Part shown: one piece after another, positions 17,438-26,009 of the stretch
How positions within the stretch are numbered: position 1 is the first letter of the stretch
Layout: every line of letters starts with the position of its first letter
IMG/VR virus record: IMGVR_UViG_3300045988_158607
Origin: a virus
Strand: one strand, 5' to 3'
DNA length: 58,283 nucleotides
Notes under the pieces: model-generated
Database searches by the model: none
The model's input: the letters and a program-made list of their open reading frames with translations, nothing else
What the model was told of the DNA's origin: nothing
Program-made: the position numbers and the translations under genes

Positions 17438-17923
17438 ATGAATAAAAGTGCAACTCTCTGGCTTGTTCGAACAGCTCTTATCGCTGCTTTGTATGTGACA
17501 TTAACCATTGCATTTTCTGCAATCAGTTATGGACCTATTCAATTTAGAATTAGTGAGCTTCTAATTCTTTTGCCTTTGTGGAACCATAGATGGACTCCGG
17601 GAATTGTTATGGGGACAATTATTGCAAATCTCTTTTCACCTCTTGGCTTAATTGATGTTCTTTTCGGCTCATTTGCTACATTTCTTGGAATTGTTAGCAT
17701 GACAAGAGTCGCTAAAATGTCAAGCCCAATATACTCACTCTGCTGTCCAGTTCTCGCCAATGCTTATATCATCGCACTTGAACTTCGAATTGTCTATTCA
17801 TTGCCATTTTGGGAATCAGTTATCTATGTAGGAATTAGTGAAGCAATTATCGTTCTAATTGGCTACTTCGCTATCTCAACCATGGCAAAGAACAGCTCAT
17901 TTAGGAAAATGATAGGAGCGTAG
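17438..17923 (+). CDS. queT: QueT-like membrane protein (ECF-type queuosine-precursor S component)
   Basis: Multi-TM 161-aa protein. TALIAALYVTLT...GPIQFRISE resembles the COG4708/QueT family. Lies within the que operon. Confidence 0.65.
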   Translation: MNKSATLWLVRTALIAALYVTLTIAFSAISYGPIQFRISELLILLPLWNHRWTPGIVMGTIIANLFSPLGLIDVLFGSFATFLGIVSMTRVAKMSSPIYSLCCPVLANAYIIALELRIVYSLPFWESVIYVGISEAIIVLIGYFAISTMAKNSSFRKMIGA

Positions 17924-17925
17924 AT

Positions 17926-18858
17926 ATGTCATTCAATATATACTTTGCAGGGAACCATGCAAACGCTACTGATGATTTCTTTATGAAGCGTCAAGCCAAC
18001 CGACTTTTCAATCAGCTGTTTGAGCGAAAGTCGATTGGGGAAAAATATCTTCGCCATAAACTCGAAGTTCCAGATACTAAGGCAAAACTATTTGTCGACT
18101 CAAGTGCCTTCTCTGCCCATACTTTGGGAAGCGAAGTTGACATTGACAGCTATATTGAATATGTCAATGCTAATCAAGGCATGTTCGACTGTATAGCTGA
18201 GCTAGATAAAATTCCAGGTGAGTTTCGAAAGCCCAAGACACGAGAACAGCTTTTAGAAGCACCTGAAATTTCTTGGAACAATTATCTTTATATGCGCGAC
18301 CGAGTTATAGATAATGACAAGTTGCTACCTATTTTCCACATGGGAGAGGATTTCAAATGGCTTGAACTCATGCTCGAAACTACATTTGACGGGAAGCATA
18401 TTCCTTACATTGGAATTTCTCCAGCCAACGATTCTGTTCCTAAGTACAAAGACAGATGGTTCGAACACGTTTTCGACATTATTCGAAAAAGTTCAAATCC
18501 TGATGTTAAGACGCACGCATTTGGAATGACAGCACTTGAACAGCTGGAGCGCCATCCGTTTTATAGCGCAGACTCGACTTCAGTTATTATGACAGGGGCA
18601 ATGGGAAATATCTATTCATCAGCTGGACTAATTGACTTTTCAAGAAAGAGTGGAGGAATTCATAATTTCGAAATGCTTGATAAGTCTGTTCAAAAAGAAA
18701 TTCTTGAAACCATTGAGCGCGCAGACGAGGGCTTTAATGTTGAAAATATGGTTGAGCATCACCAATGGCGAGCCATCTATAATATTCAATTCATTTTAGA
18801 TTGGGCTGAGAACTATGAGTTCAAAGGGATTAAAAATCGTCAACGTCGACTATTTTAG
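17926..18858 (+). CDS. dpdA: DpdA-like (TGT-superfamily) DNA 7-deazaguanine transglycosylase
   Basis: TGT-like motifs FVDSSAFS, HAFGMT and SADSTS. Last gene of the que operon. C-terminus ends ...NRQRRLF. Confidence 0.7.
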   Translation: MSFNIYFAGNHANATDDFFMKRQANRLFNQLFERKSIGEKYLRHKLEVPDTKAKLFVDSSAFSAHTLGSEVDIDSYIEYVNANQGMFDCIAELDKIPGEFRKPKTREQLLEAPEISWNNYLYMRDRVIDNDKLLPIFHMGEDFKWLELMLETTFDGKHIPYIGISPANDSVPKYKDRWFEHVFDIIRKSSNPDVKTHAFGMTALEQLERHPFYSADSTSVIMTGAMGNIYSSAGLIDFSRKSGGIHNFEMLDKSVQKEILETIERADEGFNVENMVEHHQWRAIYNIQFILDWAENYEFKGIKNRQRRLF

Positions 18859-18884
18859 CAAGGGTGAAATTCCCTTGTTTTTTT
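18859..18884 (+). terminator. Rho-independent terminator ending the que/dpdA operon
   Basis: caaggg-tgaaatt-cccttg followed by ttttttt. Confidence 0.8.
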
Positions 18885-18905
18885 CAACTTTTTGCACAAA
18901 AGTGC

Positions 18906-18934
18906 TTGACTTTATTCGTTCATTATCGTATAAT
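18906..18934 (+). promoter_or_regulatory. Class I (early) promoter copy 3: TTGACT-17 nt-TATAAT
   Basis: ttgact 18906-18911, tataat 18929-18934. 18883-18934 is a perfect inverted copy of 31456-31507. Confidence 0.8.
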
Positions 18935-18964
18935 GTATTTATAAAATAAGTAAAGGAAAAGATT

Positions 18965-19204
18965 ATGAGAAAGATAGTAACCTACGAAGAATATCAAGGC
19001 ATTGTTGAATTTAAGAAAAATTTGTCTTCAAATTTGCGCGAAGGGAAAATAGATGTCGATAACGCAATTATTCAATTATTCACCTATTATAGTTTTCACA
19101 ATGTTGAAGAGCCTCCATTTATCGTTTTAAGAATGCAGGAGGCTGCTGTGAATGGAACTTACGAGGCAAAACTGAATATGCTTCGACATTTTAAAATTAT
19201 TTAG
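18965..19204 (+). CDS. Small hypothetical early protein (79 aa)
   Basis: First ORF after early promoter 3. AAAGGAAAAG RBS. Confidence 0.6.
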   Translation: MRKIVTYEEYQGIVEFKKNLSSNLREGKIDVDNAIIQLFTYYSFHNVEEPPFIVLRMQEAAVNGTYEAKLNMLRHFKII

Positions 19205-19211
19205 AAATGGG

Positions 19212-19241
19212 TTTACAATTTCGCTCTAATTCGTGTATATT
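19212..19241 (+). promoter_or_regulatory. Class II promoter: TTTACA-18 nt-(GTG)TATATT
   Basis: tttaca 19212-19217, tcgtgtatatt ending at 19241. Confidence 0.65.
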
Positions 19242-19270
19242 ATATATATCAAATAAAGGAGGCTCATAAT

Positions 19271-20344
19271 ATGAGTATTAAGTTCAAGACAGAAGAACTT
19301 TCAAAAATTGTTTCGCAGCTCAATAAGTTGAAGCCTAGCAAATTGCTAGAAATCACAAATTATTGGCATATCTACGGTGATGGTGAATGTGTTATGTTCA
19401 CAGCCTATGACGGTTCGAATTTTCTTCGATGCGTCATTGAAAGCGATGTTGAAATTGACGTGATTGTCAAGGCAGAGCAGTTTGGAAAACTTGTAGACAA
19501 AACCACTGCAGCGACTATTACATTAGTTCCTGAAGACTCTGCATTGAAAGTTATCGGGAATGGTGAATACAATATCGACATCGTTACTGAAGATGAAGAA
19601 TATCCTACCTTTGACCACCTATTAGAAGATGTCAAAGAAGATGACGCATTGACGTTGAAGAGTTCGCTATTCTACGGGATTGCAAACATCAACGATTCTG
19701 CCGTGTCAAAATCGGGAGCTGATGGCATTTATACAGGGTTCTTGCTAAAAGACGGGAAAGCCATTACAACAGACATCATTCGCGTATGTATCAACCCGAT
19801 TGAAGAAAAAGGTTTGGAAATGCTTATTCCTTACAACCTAATGACCTTGTTAGCTAGCATTCCTGATGAAAAGATGTACTTCTGGGCACTTGACAGCGAT
19901 ACCATTTATATCTCATCTGCAAGTGTTGAAATTTACGGTAAATTGATGGAAGGTCTTGAAGAATATGAAGATGTTTCTCAGCTTGACCAGATTGAATTTG
20001 TCGACAATGCAGCCATCCCGACAGCTCAAATCATGAGCGTATTAGACCGTCTTGTTCTATTCACTTCAGCTTTTGACAAGGGGACTGTCGAATTCATTTT
20101 CTTGAAAGACCGACTTCGAATTAAAACTTCTACAAGCAGTTATGAAGACATCATGTATGCAGCTGCTGGCAAAAAGGTTTCGAAAAAGGAATTCACTTGC
20201 CACCTTAACAGCCTACTCTTGAAGGAAATTGTATCAACTGTCACCGAAGAGAACTTCACTGTTTCTTATGGAAGCGAGAACGCGATTAAGATTTCATCAA
20301 ATGGTGTCATTTACTTCTTAGCACTTCAAGAACCTGAAGCTTAA
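19271..20344 (+). CDS. DnaN-like sliding clamp (DNA polymerase III beta-type)
   Basis: 357 aa. The N-terminal pattern IKFKTEEL..IV..L / F.AYDGSNF / V.A..FGKLV / L.V.G.G.Y.I....EEYPTFD parallels the DnaN domain I layout. Confidence 0.7.
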   Translation: MSIKFKTEELSKIVSQLNKLKPSKLLEITNYWHIYGDGECVMFTAYDGSNFLRCVIESDVEIDVIVKAEQFGKLVDKTTAATITLVPEDSALKVIGNGEYNIDIVTEDEEYPTFDHLLEDVKEDDALTLKSSLFYGIANINDSAVSKSGADGIYTGFLLKDGKAITTDIIRVCINPIEEKGLEMLIPYNLMTLLASIPDEKMYFWALDSDTIYISSASVEIYGKLMEGLEEYEDVSQLDQIEFVDNAAIPTAQIMSVLDRLVLFTSAFDKGTVEFIFLKDRLRIKTSTSSYEDIMYAAAGKKVSKKEFTCHLNSLLLKEIVSTVTEENFTVSYGSENAIKISSNGVIYFLALQEPEA

Positions 20345-20346
20345 TA

Positions 20347-21123
20347 GTGGTCAAGTCGAATTTAACTAGAATTGCAAAGATGGTTAGAGCAGGAAATAGT
20401 GAAGGTCCTGCTTCCTCTTTTGTAAATTCGCTGACCGGAGTTATTGAGCGAACTCAACCTGAATACAGCCCTTCAACATATTACAAGCCTAGCGGAGTAG
20501 GAGGGTGTCTGCGTAAAATGTACTTCGAACGTACTGGACAAGCCCTGCAAGATAATGCAGATTCAAATCTTGTTGCGATGGGTGAAGCTGGAACATTTAG
20601 ACACGAAGTTCTTCAAGAATATATGGTCAAAATGGCTGAAATTGAAAGCGACTTTGAATGGTTAAATGTAGCAGAATTTTTAGCAGAGAATCCAGTAGAG
20701 GGAACTATCGTTGACGAGCGTTTTAAGAAAAACGATTATGAAACTAAGTGTAAGAACGAACTTCTTCAACTTTCATTTCTATGTGACGGCTTAATTCGAT
20801 ACAAAGGCAAGCTCTATATTTTAGAGATAAAGACCGAAACCATGTTCAAATTCACCAAGCACACTGAGCCATATGAAGAGCATAAGATGCAAGCAACTTG
20901 CTACGGGATGTGTCTTGGAGTTGATGACGTCATGTTCCTTTATGAAAATCGCGATAATTTCGAAAAGAAGGCATACACGTTTCACATAACTGATGAAATG
21001 AAAGAACAGGTACTTGAAAAACTTACAACCTGCGAAGAGTATGTAGAGAAAGGCGAAAGTCCTAAAATTTACTGCTCTTCAGCCTATTGCCCGTATTGCA
21101 GAAAGGAAGGTCGAAACTTGTGA
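20347..21123 (+). CDS. PD-(D/E)XK (RecB/Cas4-like) exonuclease with a C-terminal Cys cluster
   Basis: D...LYILEIKT motif. N-terminal Cys plus C-terminal CSSAYCPYC, resembling a Cas4-type Fe-S ligand set. GTG start. Confidence 0.65.
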   Translation: MVKSNLTRIAKMVRAGNSEGPASSFVNSLTGVIERTQPEYSPSTYYKPSGVGGCLRKMYFERTGQALQDNADSNLVAMGEAGTFRHEVLQEYMVKMAEIESDFEWLNVAEFLAENPVEGTIVDERFKKNDYETKCKNELLQLSFLCDGLIRYKGKLYILEIKTETMFKFTKHTEPYEEHKMQATCYGMCLGVDDVMFLYENRDNFEKKAYTFHITDEMKEQVLEKLTTCEEYVEKGESPKIYCSSAYCPYCRKEGRNL

Positions 21124-21614
21124 GCTATACTGGAAAAATGTTTGAAGAAGATTTCTTCGAAAGTGCAAAACAGTTTGATGAGCAAGCACTTGTTACTCGA
21201 CTATATGACACCACTAACGGATTTCGAGGAGTTGCAAATCCTTGTGACTATATAGCTGCCTCACAATATGGAACACTTTTCATCGAGCTGAAGACTACTG
21301 CTGGCGCTTCGTTACGTTTTGAAAATATAACTGACCATCAATGGTTCCAGCTAGCACGCGCAGAGAACTGCAAATATAGCTTGGGAGGGATTCTAGTATA
21401 TTTCCAAAAGCATGAAAAGATTATATGGTATCCAGTCACTCAGCTTGAAGAAATAAGAACTTCAGGAGTTAAGAGTATCAATCCTTCATTCTTTCCTGAC
21501 CTTGGCTATGAGGTTGAATATAGGAAACGTCGAACCAGATTAGACATTCCTTTCGAAAACGTACTGAGAGCAGTTGCTTTGCATTACAAGGAGACTGAAG
21601 ATGGCAAGACCTAA
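21120..21614 (+). CDS. recU: RecU-like Holliday junction resolvase
   Basis: G..FEEDF..S, NPCDYIA...G.LF.IELKTT resembles the RecU active-site layout. I chose the GTG at 21120 (GTGA overlap; GGAAGG RBS). Confidence 0.6.
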   Translation: MSYTGKMFEEDFFESAKQFDEQALVTRLYDTTNGFRGVANPCDYIAASQYGTLFIELKTTAGASLRFENITDHQWFQLARAENCKYSLGGILVYFQKHEKIIWYPVTQLEEIRTSGVKSINPSFFPDLGYEVEYRKRRTRLDIPFENVLRAVALHYKETEDGKT

Positions 21615-22167
21615 GTTACCTCAAATTGATATAAGAGAGGAAGAGATACGCGATGCGCAAAATGTTGCAGATTCTTATGGCTCGATTATCAATAAAGTAG
21701 TTGACGAGATTGTTCAAGCAGCTTGTGGACCTCTTGATGACGCGATGACCGAAATTCAAGATGTTGTAAGCCAAAATCCGGTCATTATAGAAGACCTCAA
21801 CTACTATATAGGATATCTTCCTACTCTATTGTACTTTGCAGCCGACAGGGCAGAAATGGTTGGAATTCAAATGGACTCAAGTTCTGCAATTCGAAAAGAA
21901 AAGTATGACAATCTTTATGTCCTAGCTGCTGGGAAAACAATTCCAGACAAACAAGCTGAAACTCGAAAACTTATCATGAATGAAGAAGTTATTGAAAATG
22001 CTTATAAGCGAGCCTATAAGAAAGTTCAATCTAAACTTGAGCAGGCTGATAAAGTATTAGCATCTTTAAAACGAATTCAAACATGGCAGCTAGCAGAATT
22101 AGAGACTCAATCTAATAATTCAAAAGGAGTATTAAATGTTAAAAGACGTAAACGTGAAAATGATTGA
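21601..22167 (+). CDS. Hypothetical protein
   Basis: ATG at 21601 after an AAGGAG RBS. 188 aa. Confidence 0.6.
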   Translation: MARPKLPQIDIREEEIRDAQNVADSYGSIINKVVDEIVQAACGPLDDAMTEIQDVVSQNPVIIEDLNYYIGYLPTLLYFAADRAEMVGIQMDSSSAIRKEKYDNLYVLAAGKTIPDKQAETRKLIMNEEVIENAYKRAYKKVQSKLEQADKVLASLKRIQTWQLAELETQSNNSKGVLNVKRRKREND

Positions 22168-22627
22168 CCCGAAACTTGACCGACTGAAATTTACAGGCGA
22201 TTGGGTTGATGTTCGAATTAGTTCAATTACAGAACTCGACGCTACTAGCGAGCAAGTTTCGAAATGTCGAACAATTCTTCAAAAAGCTCAAGTCTGTCCT
22301 ATTAAGGCAGGCGAAAGCATTAAGATTGCTCACGGCTTCGCACTTGAGTTGCCTAAAGGGTATGAAGCTATTCTTCATCCTCGCTCAAGCCTTTTCAAAA
22401 AGACGGGACTAATCTTCGTTTCAAGTGGAGTTATTGATGAGGGATACCGTGGTGATACTGATGAATGGTTCTCAGTATGGTACGCGACACGCGATACCGA
22501 GCTATTTTTCGACCAGCGAATTGCCCAATTTAGAATTCAGGAAAAGCAGCCTGATATTCGATTTAATTTTGTCGAGTCCTTGGGAAATAGCGCTCGAGGA
22601 GGGCATGGAAGCACGGGAGATTTTTAA
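22136..22627 (+). CDS. dut: dUTP diphosphatase
   Basis: Motif III SGVIDEGYRGD. C-terminal RGGHGSTG motif V. Confidence 0.8.
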   Translation: MLKDVNVKMIDPKLDRLKFTGDWVDVRISSITELDATSEQVSKCRTILQKAQVCPIKAGESIKIAHGFALELPKGYEAILHPRSSLFKKTGLIFVSSGVIDEGYRGDTDEWFSVWYATRDTELFFDQRIAQFRIQEKQPDIRFNFVESLGNSARGGHGSTGDF

Positions 22628-23787
22628 TGAAATTAGAACAGTTGATGAAGGATTGGAATAAGGACTCGAAAGCCCTTGTAGCAGTTCAAGGTCTTGAACG
22701 TGAAGCGCTTCCAAGAATTCCATTTTCTGCTCCTTCAATGAATTTTCAAACGTATGGCGGACTTCCTCGAAAAAGGGTAGTCGAATTCTTCGGTCCTGAG
22801 TCTAGTGGAAAAACCACTTCAGCTCTCGACATTGTCAAGAATGCTCAAATGGTCTTTGAGCAAGAATGGGAACAGAAGACGACCGAGCTGAAAGAACGTC
22901 TTGAAAATGCGCGTGCTTCTAAAGCCAGCAAGTCTTCTATTAAGGAGCTTGAAATGCAGTTGGACAGTCTTTTAGAGCCCCTTAAAATTGTATATCTCGA
23001 CCTTGAAAATACTTTGGACACTGAATGGGCGAAGAAGATTGGAGTAGATGTTGACAACATTTGGATTGTTCGACCTGAAATGAATAGCGCAGAGGAGATA
23101 CTTCAATACGTTCTAGACATTTTCGAAACAGGCGAAGTCGGGCTAGTAGTTTTAGATTCCTTGCCTTACATGGTCAGCCAAAACCTAATGGACGAAGAAT
23201 TGACTAAAAAGGCTTATGCAGGAATTTCAGCTCCTCTTACAGAATTTAGTCGAAAAGTTACTCCACTTCTTACCAGATACAATGCCATCTTTTTAGGTAT
23301 CAATCAAATTCGAGAAGACATGAATAGTCAGTATAACGCATATTCAACTCCAGGTGGTAAGATGTGGAAGCACGCTTGTGCCGTTCGACTAAAATTCAGG
23401 AAAGGTGACTACCTTGACGAAAATGGCGCAACATTGACACGGTCAGCTCGAAATCCTGCAGGTAACGTTGTCGAGTCTTTTGTAGAGAAGACAAAAGCAT
23501 TCAAGCCTGACAGGAAATTGGTTTCATACACTCTTTCATATCATGAAGGAATTCAAATTGAAGCTGACCTTGTAGATGTTGCAGTTGAATTTGGAGTTAT
23601 CCAAAAAGCAGGAGCTTGGTTCAGTATTGTCGACCTTGATACTGGAGAAATTATGGCTGATGAAGATGATGAGCCATTGAAATTTCAGGGCAAGGCAAAT
23701 CTTGTTAGACGTCTAAAAGATGATGACTATCTATTTGATATGATAATGACTGCGGTGCATTCCATCATCACTCAAGAAGACGGTTAA
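22627..23787 (+). CDS. recA: RecA-like recombinase
   Basis: Walker A FGPESSGKTT, Walker B LVVLDSL, and INQIRE loop region. Confidence 0.85.
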   Translation: MKLEQLMKDWNKDSKALVAVQGLEREALPRIPFSAPSMNFQTYGGLPRKRVVEFFGPESSGKTTSALDIVKNAQMVFEQEWEQKTTELKERLENARASKASKSSIKELEMQLDSLLEPLKIVYLDLENTLDTEWAKKIGVDVDNIWIVRPEMNSAEEILQYVLDIFETGEVGLVVLDSLPYMVSQNLMDEELTKKAYAGISAPLTEFSRKVTPLLTRYNAIFLGINQIREDMNSQYNAYSTPGGKMWKHACAVRLKFRKGDYLDENGATLTRSARNPAGNVVESFVEKTKAFKPDRKLVSYTLSYHEGIQIEADLVDVAVEFGVIQKAGAWFSIVDLDTGEIMADEDDEPLKFQGKANLVRRLKDDDYLFDMIMTAVHSIITQEDG

Positions 23788-24146
23788 TGCAAAAATCTTT
23801 ATTCGGTTCGAAGACAGTTCCCGTCGTTAAGAAAAGAATGGTGAGAACTGTCCCAAAACCTAAAAAACGAATTGATGGACAAGTGGTTGAGCTGATGAAC
23901 CGCAGAGAGCGTCAAGTTCTTGTCCACAGTTGTATCTATTATTATTTTAATGACTCAATTATAGGAGACACGCAGTATGATAAATGGAGCCACGAACTTC
24001 ATTCGCTAATAGTTTCACATCCCGAAGAGTTTCGTGAAACTGTTCTTTTCGAAGAATTTAAACAGTTCGACGGGAATACAGGGATGGGGCTGCCTTATGA
24101 CTGCGCGTTTGCTGTACGAGTTGCAGAAAGGCTTTTGAAAAAATGA
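23787..24146 (+). CDS. Hypothetical 119-aa protein with the N-terminal motif MQKSLFGSK
   Basis: ATG overlaps the recA-like stop (TAATG). Lies directly upstream of the clamp-loader genes. Confidence 0.6.
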   Translation: MQKSLFGSKTVPVVKKRMVRTVPKPKKRIDGQVVELMNRRERQVLVHSCIYYYFNDSIIGDTQYDKWSHELHSLIVSHPEEFRETVLFEEFKQFDGNTGMGLPYDCAFAVRVAERLLKK

Positions 24147-25168
24147 ATTTAGCTTCTAAATACCGTCCTCAAACATTTGAAGAAGTTGTAGCACAAGAAT
24201 ATGTCAAAGAAATTCTTTTAAATCAACTTCAAAACGGTGCTATCAAACATGGATACCTATTTTGTGGAGGAGCAGGAACTGGAAAAACTACCACTGCTCG
24301 AATTTTCGCAAAAGATGTGAATAGGGGACTTGGAGCGCCTATTGAAATTGACGCTGCTTCTAATAATGGGGTAGAGAATGTTCGAAACATTATTGAAGAT
24401 TCCCGATATAAGGCTATGGACAGTGAGTTCAAGGTCTATATTATAGATGAGGTGCACATGCTTTCAACTGGAGCATTCAATGCCCTTTTGAAAACACTTG
24501 AAGAACCTTCATCTGGAACCGTGTTCATCTTATGTACCACAGACCCGCAGAAAATTCCTGACACCATTCTTAGCAGGGTGCAGCGATTCGACTTTACTCG
24601 AATTGACAATGGTGACATCGTTAATCAGCTTGAATTTATTATTGAAAGCGAAAATGAAGAGGGAGCGGATTATAGTTACGAAGTCGATGCACTTTCATTT
24701 ATTGGAAAACTTGCAAACGGAGGAATGAGAGACAGCATCACAAGGCTTGAAAAAGTTCTTGATTATAGTCATCACGTCGACATGGAAGCCGTTTCAAATG
24801 CGCTAGGAGTTCCCGACTATGAAACCTTTGCAGCACTTGTGGAGGCTATTGCAAATTTCGACGGCTCGAAGTGTTTGGAAATTGTAAATGACTTTCACTA
24901 TTCAGGTAAAGACCTGAAATTAGTGACTCGAAACTTTACCGATTTCCTTCTTGAAGTTTGCAAATATTGGCTAGTTCGAGATGTTTCAATAACTCAACTT
25001 CCTGCCCACTTTGAAGGCAAATTAGAACAATTTTGCGAATCATTTCAATATAATACCCTATTATGGATGTTAGAAGAGATGAACGAACTTGCAGGAGTTG
25101 TGAAATGGGAACCGAATGCTAAGCCAATAATTGAAACGAAGCTTCTTTTAATGAGCAAGGAGGAGTGA
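24143..25168 (+). CDS. Clamp-loader ATPase, DnaX (gamma/tau)-like AAA+ subunit
   Basis: KYRPQTFEEVV.Q, Walker A GGAGTGKTT, Walker B IIDEVHML, sensor SRVQRF. Confidence 0.85.
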   Translation: MNLASKYRPQTFEEVVAQEYVKEILLNQLQNGAIKHGYLFCGGAGTGKTTTARIFAKDVNRGLGAPIEIDAASNNGVENVRNIIEDSRYKAMDSEFKVYIIDEVHMLSTGAFNALLKTLEEPSSGTVFILCTTDPQKIPDTILSRVQRFDFTRIDNGDIVNQLEFIIESENEEGADYSYEVDALSFIGKLANGGMRDSITRLEKVLDYSHHVDMEAVSNALGVPDYETFAALVEAIANFDGSKCLEIVNDFHYSGKDLKLVTRNFTDFLLEVCKYWLVRDVSITQLPAHFEGKLEQFCESFQYNTLLWMLEEMNELAGVVKWEPNAKPIIETKLLLMSKEE

Positions 25169-25169
25169 T

Positions 25170-26009
25170 ATGACTGGACAAGAGATTGTAAAATCTACCA
25201 TCTCTAAATGGGAACAGCTTCCAAAATTCATAATCATTGAAGGTCAGGTTGGCTCGGGTCGAAAAACATTGGTTCGCTACATCGCTTCTAAGTTCGACGC
25301 CGATTCTATTTTAGTAGGCACAAGCGTTGACGATATTCGAAATATTATTGAAGATGCTAGGTCGATTTTCAAAGAGCGAATTTATGTGATAGATGGAAAT
25401 AGCTTGTCAATGGCTGCTTTGAATTCACTACTGAAAATAGCAGAAGAGCCTCCATCAAATTGTCATATAGCAATGACGGTCGACAGTATTAACAATGCTT
25501 TGCCTACGCTTGCAAGTCGGGCAAAGGTTCTATCAATGCTGCCCTATACCAATGATGAGAAGATGCAGTTTGTTAAGTCTTACAAAAAAGTCGACACTTC
25601 TGGAATAGACGACCGAGCAATAGTTGATTATTGCAACCTAGCCAGCAACCTTCAAATGCTTGAAGAGATATTATTACATGGCGCAGATGACATTTTTGAA
25701 AAGGTTACTACATTCTATGACCTGATATGGGAAGCTAGTGCAAGCAATTCTTTGAAGGTGACTAATTGGCTCAAGTTCAAAGAAACCGATGAGGGAAAAA
25801 TTGAGCCAAAACTCTTTCTCAATTGCCTGCTAAATTGGTCAACCATCGTTATTAGAAAGCACTATGTAGAAATGACCTTTGACGAACTTCAGGCTCATGA
25901 CCTCCTAGTGAGGGAGGCTTCACGGTGTTTACGAAAAATTTCTAGAAAAGGTTCAAATGCGCGTGTCTGCGTAAATGATTTCATCAGGAGGGTCAAAAAA
26001 GTTGAGTGA
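25170..26009 (+). CDS. Clamp-loader subunit, delta-prime-like AAA+ protein
   Basis: P-loop-like GQVGSGRKT, LLKIAEEPP, and TLASRA (an SRC-like position). Confidence 0.6.
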   Translation: MTGQEIVKSTISKWEQLPKFIIIEGQVGSGRKTLVRYIASKFDADSILVGTSVDDIRNIIEDARSIFKERIYVIDGNSLSMAALNSLLKIAEEPPSNCHIAMTVDSINNALPTLASRAKVLSMLPYTNDEKMQFVKSYKKVDTSGIDDRAIVDYCNLASNLQMLEEILLHGADDIFEKVTTFYDLIWEASASNSLKVTNWLKFKETDEGKIEPKLFLNCLLNWSTIVIRKHYVEMTFDELQAHDLLVREASRCLRKISRKGSNARVCVNDFIRRVKKVE

